This document shows, in pieces, positions 56,180 to 64,000 of a stretch of 64,000 nt of DNA. The stretch spans positions 23,994,001 through 24,058,000 of the forward strand of contig OZ024741.1 of assembly GCA_964016885.1 (NCBI GenBank). The letters are read 5' to 3'. The notes beneath the pieces are model-generated. The model ran no database searches. It had not been told where the DNA came from and saw only the letters and a program-made list of their open reading frames with translations. Each line of letters opens with the position of its first letter. The first letter of the stretch is position 1. The position numbers were made by a program, and so were the translations under genes. This stretch comes from Eledone cirrhosa. Lineage: Eukaryota.

Positions 56180-58620
56180 GTAAAAGACTGTGCTTCAGCT
56201 GTCACCTAACTCTAATCCAGTACATATATAGTAAAAGACTGTGCTTCAGCTGTCACCTAACTCTAATCCAGTACATATATAGTAAAAGACTGTGCTGCAG
56301 CCATGACCTAACCCTAATCCAGTACATATATAGTAAAAGACTGTGCTTCAGCTGTCACCTAATCCTAATCCAGTACATATATAATAAAAGACTGTGCTTC
56401 AGCTGTCACCTAACCCTAATCCAGTACATATATAATAAAAGACTGTGCTGCGGCCATGACCTAACCATAATCCAGTACATATATAGTAAAAGACTGTGCT
56501 TCAGCCATGACCTAACCCTAATCCAGTACTTATATAGTAAAAAACTGTGCTTCAGCTGTCACCTAACCCTAATCCAGTACATATATAGTAAAAGACTGTG
56601 CTTCAGCTGTCACCTAACTCTAATCCAGTACATATATAGTAATAGACCATGTTTCAGCTGTGACCTAACCCTAATCCAGTACATATATAGTAAAAGACTG
56701 TGCTTCAGCCATGACCTAACCCTAATACAGTACATATATAGTAAAAGACTGTGCTTCAGCCATGACCTAACCCTAATCCAGTACATATATAGTAAAAGAC
56801 TGTGCTTCAGACATGACCTAACCCTAATCCAGTACATATATAGTAAAAACTGTGCTTCAGCTGTCACCTAACCCTAATCCAGTACATATATAGTAAAAGA
56901 CTGTGTTTCAGCTGTCACCTAACCCTAATCCAGTACATATATAGTAAAAGACCGTGCTTCAGCCATGACCTAACCCTAATCCAGTACATATATAGTAAAA
57001 GACTGTGCTTCAGCCATGACCTAACCCTAATCCAGTACATATATAGTAAAAGACTGTGCTTCAGCTGTCACCTAACCCTAATCCAGTACATATATAGTAA
57101 AAACTGTGCTTCAGCTGACTCCTAACCCTAATCCAGTACATATATAGTAAAAGACTGTGCTTCAGCTGTCACCTAACTCTAATCCAGTACATATATAGTA
57201 AAAGACCGTGCTTCAGCCATGACGTAACTTTAATCCAATCCATATATAGTAAAAGACTGTGCTTCAGCCATGACCTAACCCTAATCCAGTACATATATAG
57301 TAAAAGACCGTACTTCAGCCATGACGTAACTTTAAACCAATCCATATATAGTAAAAGACTGTGCTTCAGCTGTCACCTAACTCTAATCCTGTACATATAT
57401 AGTAAAAGACCGTGTTTCAGCTGTGACCTAACCCTAATCCAGTACATATATAGTAAAAGACTGTGCTTCAGCTGTCACCTAACTCTAATCCAGTACATAT
57501 ATAGTAAAAGACCGTGTTTCAGCTGTGACCTAACCCTAATCCAGTATATATATAATAAAAGACTGTGCTTCAGCCATGACCTAACCCTAATCCAGTACAT
57601 ATATAGTAAAAGACTGTGCTTCAGCCATGACCTAACCCTAATCCAGTACATATATAGTAAAAGACTGTGCTTCAGCCATGACCTAACCCTAATCCAGTAC
57701 ATATAAAGTAAAAGACTGTGCTTCAGCTGTCACCTAACCCTATTCAAGTACATATATAGTAAAAGACTGTGCTTCAGCTGACTCCTAACCCTAATCCAGT
57801 ACATATATAGTAAAAGACTGTGCTTCAGCTGTCACCTAACTCTAATCCAGTACATATATAGTAAAAGACCGTGCTTCAGCCATGACGTAACTTTAATCCA
57901 ATCCATATATAGTAAAAGACTGTGCTTCAGCCATGACCTAACCCTAATCCAGTACATATATAGTAAAAGACCGTACTTCAGCCATGACGTAACTTTAATC
58001 CAATCCATATATAGTAAAAGACTGTGCTTCAGCTGTCACCTAACTCTAATCCTGTACATATATAGTAAAAGACTGTGCTTCAGCTGTCACCTAACCCTAA
58101 TCCAGTACATATATAGTAAAAGACTGTGCTTCAGCTGTCACCTAACCCTAATCCTGTACATATATAGTAAAAGACTGTGCTTCAGCCATGACCTAACCCT
58201 AATCCAGTACATATATAGTAAAAGACTGTGCTTCAGCTGTCACCGAACTCTAATCCAGTACATATATAGTAAACGACCATGCCTCAGCCATGACCTAACT
58301 CTAATCCAGTACATATATAGTAAAAGACCGTGCTTCAGCTGACACCTAACCCTAATCCAGTACATATATAGTAAAAGACTGTGCTTCAGCTGTCACCTAA
58401 CTCTAATCCAGTACATATATAGTAAAAGACCGTGCTTCAGCTGTCACCTAACTCTAATCCAGTGCATATATAGTAAAAGACTGTGCCTCAGCTGTGACCT
58501 ACCCTAATCCAGTACATATATAGTAAAAGACTGTGCTTCAGCTGTCACCTAACTCTAATCCGGTACATATATAGTAAAAGACTGTGCTTCAGCTGTCACC
58601 TAACTCTAATCCGGTACATA
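56180..58620 (+). repeat. Third, dispersed partial copy of the 104-mer block (offset 12,136 bp from the second copy)
   Basis: ORFs 56610 vs 44474 and 57475 vs 45339 are both offset by 12,136. The copy has the same ordered markers (aatagaccatg, aatacag, cagacatg, two 1-bp deletions, gacgtaacttt) plus several private substitutions. Confidence 0.88.
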
Positions 58621-61600
58621 TGTAGTAAAAAACTGTGCTTCAGCTGTCACCTAACTCTAATCCAGTACATATATAGTAAAAGACTGTGCTTCAGCCATGA
58701 CCTAACTCTAATCCAGTACATATATAGTAAAAGACTGTGCTTCAGTCATGACCTAACCCTAATCCAGTACATATATAGTAAAAGACTGTGCTTCATCCAT
58801 GACCTCACCCTAATCCAGTACATATATAGTAAAAGACCGTGTTTCAGCTGTCACCTACATCTAATCCAGTACATATATAGTAAAAGACTGTGCTTCAGCC
58901 ATGACCTAACTCTAATCCAGTACATATATAGTAAAAGACTGTGCTTCAGCTGTCACCTAACCCTAATCCAGTACATATATAGTAAAAGACTGTGCTTCAG
59001 CCATGACCTAACCCTAATGCAGTACATATATAGTAAAAGACTGTGCTTCAGCTGTCACCTAACTCTAATCCAGTACATATATAGTAAAAGACTGTGCTTC
59101 AGCTGTCACCTAACTGTAATCCAGTACATATATAGTAAAAGACTGTGCTTCAGCTGTCACCTAACCCTAATCCAGTACATATATAGTAAAAGACTGTGCT
59201 TCAGCCATGACCTAACCCTAATCCAGTACATATATAGTAAAAGACTGTGCTTCAGCCATGACCTAACCCTAATCCAGTACATATATAGTAAAAGACTGTG
59301 CTTCAGCTGTCACCTAAACCTAATCTAGTACATATATAGTAAAAGACTGTGCTTCAGCCATGACCTAACTCTAATCCAGTACATATATAGTAAAAGACTG
59401 TGCTTCAGCTGTCACCTAACCCTAATCCAGTACATATATAGTAAAAGACTGTGCTTCAGCCATGACCTAACCCTAATGCAGTACATATATAGTAAAAGAC
59501 TGTGCTTCAGCTGTCACCTAACTCTAATCCAGTACATATATAGTAAAAGACTGTGCTTCAGCTGTCACCTAACCCTAATCCAGTACATATATAGTAAAAG
59601 ACTGTGCTTCAGCCATGACCTAACCCTAATCCAGTACATATATAGTAAAAGACTGTGCTTCAGCCATGACCTAACCCTAATCCAGTACATATATAGTAAA
59701 AGACTGTGCTTCAGCTGTCACCTAAACCTAATCTAGTACATATATAGTAAAAGACTGTGCTTCAACCATGACCTAACCCTAATCCAGTACATATATATTA
59801 AAAGACTGTGCTTCAGCTGTCACCTAAACCTAATCCAGTACATATATAGTAAAAGACTGTGCTTCAGCTGTCACCTAACCCTAATCCAGTACATATATAG
59901 TAAAAGACTGTGCTTCAGCTGTCACCTAAACCTAATCTAGTACATATATAGTAAAAGACTGTGCTTCAGCCATGACCTAACCCTAATCCAGTACATATAT
60001 AGTAAAAGACTGTGCTTCAGCTGTCACCTAAACCTAATCCAGTACATATATAGTAAAAGACTGTGCTGCAGCCATGACCTAACCCTAATCCAGTACATAT
60101 ATAGTAAAAGACTGTGCTTCAGCCATGACCTAACCCTAATCCAGTACATATATAGTAAAAGACTGTGCTGCAGCCATGACCTAACCCTAATCCAGTACAT
60201 ATATAGTAAAAGACTGTGCTTAAGCCATGACCTAACCCTAATCCAGTAAATATATAGTAAAAGACTGTGCTGCAGCCATGACCTAACCCTAATCCAGTAA
60301 ATATATAGTAAAAGACTGTGCTTCAGCCATGACCTAACCCTAATCCAGTACATATATAGTAAAGACTGAGCTGCAGCCATGACCTAACCCTAATCCAGTA
60401 AATATATAGTAAAAGACTGTGCTTCAGCCATGACCTAACCCTAATCCAGTACATATATAGTAAAAGACTGTGCTGCAGCCATGACCTAACCCTAATCCAG
60501 TACATATATAGTAAAAGACTGTGCTTCAGCCATGACCTAACCCTAATCCAGTACATATATAGTAAAAGACTGTGCTTCAGCCATGACCTAACCCTAATCC
60601 AGTACATATATAGTAAAAGACTGCGCTTCAGCCATGACCTAACCCTAATCCAGTACATATATAGTAAAAGACTGTGCTGCAGCCATGACCTAACCCTAAT
60701 CCAGTACATATATAGTAAAAGACTGTGCTTCAGCTGTGACCTAACCCTAATCCAGTACATATATAATAAAAGACTGTGCTTCAGCTGTGACCTAACTCTA
60801 ATCCAGTACATATATAGTAAAAGACTGTGCTGCAGCCATGACCTAACCCTAATCCAGTACATATATAGTAAAAGACTGTGCTTCAGCTGTCACCTAACCC
60901 TAATCCAGTACATATATAGTAAAAGACTGTGCTTCAGCTGTCACCTAACTCTAATCCAGTACATATATAGTAAAAGACCGTGTTTCAGCTGTGACCTAAC
61001 CCTAATCCAGTACATATATAGTAAAAGACTGTGCTTCAGCCATGACCTAACCCTAATCCAGTACATATATAGTAAAAGACTGTGCTTCAGCCATGACCTA
61101 ACCGTAATCCAGTACATATATAGTAAAAGACTGTGCTTCAGACATGACCTAACCCTAATCCAGTACATATATAGTAAAAACTGTGCTTCAGCTGTCACCT
61201 AACCCTAATCCAGTACATATATAGTAAAAGACTGTGTTTCAGCTGTCACCTAACCCTAATCCAGTACATATATAGTAAAAGACCGTGCTTCAGCCATGAC
61301 ATAACCCTAATCCAGTACATATATAGTAAAAGACTGTGCTTCAGCGATGACCTAACCCTAATCCAGTACATATATAGTAAAAGACTGTGCTTCAGCTGTC
61401 ACCTAACCCTAATCCATTACATATATAGTAAAAGACTGTGCTTCAGCTGACTCCTAACCCTAATCCAGTACATATATAGTAAAAACTGTGCTTCAGCTGT
61501 CACCTAACTCTAATCCAGTACATATATAGTAAAAGACTGTGCTTCAGCCATGGCGTAACTTTAATCCAATCCATATATAGTAAAAGACTGTGCTTCAGCC

Positions 61601-64000
61601 ATGACCTAACCCTAATCCAGTACATATATAGTAAAAGACCGTACTTCAGCCAGGACGTAACTTTAATCCAATCCATATATAGTAAAAGACTGTGCTTCAG
61701 CTGTCACCTAACCCTAATCCAGTACATATATATTAAAAGACTGTGCTTCAGCTGTCACCTAACTCTAATCCTGTACATATATAGTAAAAGACTGTGCTTC
61801 AGCCATGACCTAACCCTAATCCAGTACATATATAGTAAAAGACTGTGCTGCAGCCATGACCTAACCATAATCCAGTACATATATAGTAAAAGACTGTGCT
61901 TCAGCTGTCACCTAACCCTAATCCAGTACATATATAGTAAAAGACTGTGCTTCAGCTGTCACCTAACTCTAATCCTGTACATATATAGTAAAAGACTGTG
62001 CTGCAGCTGTCACCTAACCCTAATCCAGTACATATATAATAAAAGACTGTGCTGCAGCCATGACCTAACCCTAATCCAGTACATATATAGTAAAAGACTG
62101 TGCTTCAGCTGTCACCTAACCCTAATCCAGTACATATATAGTAAAAGACTGTGCTTCAGCTGTCACCTAACCCTAATCCAGTACATATATAATAAAAGAC
62201 TGTGCTGCAGCCATGACCTAACCCTAATCCAGTACATATATAGTAAAAGACTGTGCTTCTGCTGTCACCTAACCCTAATCCAGTACATATATAGTAAAAG
62301 ACTTTGCTTCAGCTGTCACCTAACCCTAATCCAGTACATATATAGTAAAAGACTGTGCTTCAGCTGTCACATAACCCTAATCCAGTACATATATAGTAAA
62401 AGACTGTGCTTCAGCCATGACCTAACCCTAATCCAGTACATATATAGTAAAAGGCTGTGTTTCAGCTGTCACCTAACTCTAATCCAGTACATATATAGTA
62501 AAAGACTGTGCTTCAGCTGTCACCTAACTCTAATCCAGTACATATATAGTAAAAGACTGTGCTTCAGCTGTCACCTGACCCTAATCCAGTACATATATAG
62601 TAAAAGACTGTGCTTCAGCCATGACCTAACACTAATCCAGTACATATATAGTAAAAGACAGTGCCTCAGCTGTCACCTAACCCTAATCCAGTACATATAT
62701 AGTAAAAGACTGTGCTTCAGCTGTCACCTGACCCTAATCCAGTACATATATAGTAAAAGACTGTGCTTCAGCTGTCACCTGACCCTAATCCAGTACATAT
62801 ATAGTAAAAGACTGTGCTTCAGCCATGACCTAACACTAATCCAGTACATATATAGTAAAAGACAGTGCCTCAGCTGTCACCTAACCCTAATCCAGTACAT
62901 ATATAGTAAAAGACTGTGCTTCAGTTGTCACCTAACCCTAATCCAGTACATATATAGTAAAAGACTGTGCTTCAGCTGTCACCTAACCCTAATCCAGTAC
63001 ATATATAGTAAAAGACTGTGCTTCAGCTGTCACCTAACCCTAATCTAGTACATATATAGTAAAAGACTGTGCTTCAGCCATGACCTAACCCTAATGCAGT
63101 ACATATATAGTAAAAGACTGTGCTTCAGCTGTCACCTAACCTTAATCCAGAACATATATAGTAAAAGACTGTGCTTCAGCTGTCACCTAACCCTAATGCA
63201 GTATATATATAGTAAAAGACTGTGCTTCAGCCATGACCTAACCCTAATCCAGTACATATATAGTAAAAGACTGTGCTTCAGCTGTCACCTAACTCTAATC
63301 CAGTACATATATAGTAAAAGACTGTGATTCAGCTGTCACCTAACTGTAATCCAGTACATATATAGTAAAAGACTGTGCTTCAGCTGTCACCTAACCCTAA
63401 TCCAGTACATCTATAGTAAAAGACTGTGCTTCAGCCATGACCTAACCCTAATCCAGTACATATATAGTAAAAGACTGTGCGTCAGCCATGACCTAACCCT
63501 AATGCAGTACATATATAGTAAAAGACTGTGCTTCAGCTGTGACCTAACCTTAATCCAGTACATATATAGTAAAAGACTGTGCTTCAGCTGTCACCTAACC
63601 CTAATGCAGTACATATATAGTAAAAGACTGTGCTTCAGCCATGACCTAACCCTAATCCAGTACATATATAGTAAAAGACTGTGCTTCAGCTGTCACCTAA
63701 CTCTAATGCAGTACATATATAGTAAAAGACTGTGCTTCAGCTGTCACCTAACTCTAATCCAGTACATATATAGTAAAAGACCGTGCCTCAGCCATGACCT
63801 AACTCTAATCCAGTACATATATAGTAAAAGACTGTGCTTCAGCTGTCACCTAACCCTAATCCAGTACATATATAGTAAAAGACTGTGCTTCAGCCATGAC
63901 CTAACCCTAATCCAGTACATATATAGTAAAAGACTGTGCTTCAGCTGTCACCTAACCCTAATCCAGTACATATATAGTAAAAGACTGTGATTCAGCCATG

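Larger units (their letters stand above)
1..64000 (+). repeat. 51-bp tandem satellite array, ~1,255 head-to-tail monomers, running off both ends of the window
   Basis: The monomer cttcagctgtcacctaaccctaatccagtacatatatagtaaaagactgtg (51 nt) starts at 1, 52, 103 and so on. Phase checked every 1,020 bp (20 monomers) drifts only about -16 bp net over the window, accounted for by ~18 indels of 1-2 bp. No inversion or non-repeat insert was seen. Confidence 0.99.

Noticed and set aside
1-64000. CRISPR-like array or variable-cassette system (constant part plus variable part)
   Set aside because: The variable segment has only a few recurring point alleles and no unique spacers. There is no leader, cas, recombinase or reverse-transcriptase gene in the window.
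1-64000. Assignment to a named satellite family, species, centromere or programmed-elimination sequence
   Set aside because: I do not recognise the monomer with confidence. This needs a Dfam/Repbase/BLAST search and chromatin or germline-vs-soma data.

Overview
The whole 64-kb window is one uninterrupted, head-to-tail tandem array of a 51-bp satellite monomer (~1,255 copies, all in one orientation). Consensus on the + strand: CTTCAG-C[TGTC/CATG]AC-CTAA[CCC/CTC/CCA/ACC]TAATCCAGTACATATATAGTAAAAGACTGTG. I found no unique sequence, gene, RNA gene, transposon or CRISPR array. Every ORF in the supplied track arises because the monomer length is a multiple of 3 and one frame happens to lack stops. 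The information is in the variants. There are two main monomer types (A = CTGTCAC, B = CCATGAC) plus hybrids, and nested higher-order duplications of 20-104 monomers. A homogeneous core is flanked on both sides by related, more diverged layers. Many monomers embed the telomeric motif CCTAACCCTAA (TTAGGGTTAGG on the - strand). This is most consistent with eukaryotic heterochromatic, possibly subtelomeric or telomere-associated, satellite DNA. I cannot name the organism or the satellite family. I see no protein-coding system, and the functional ideas below are hypotheses.
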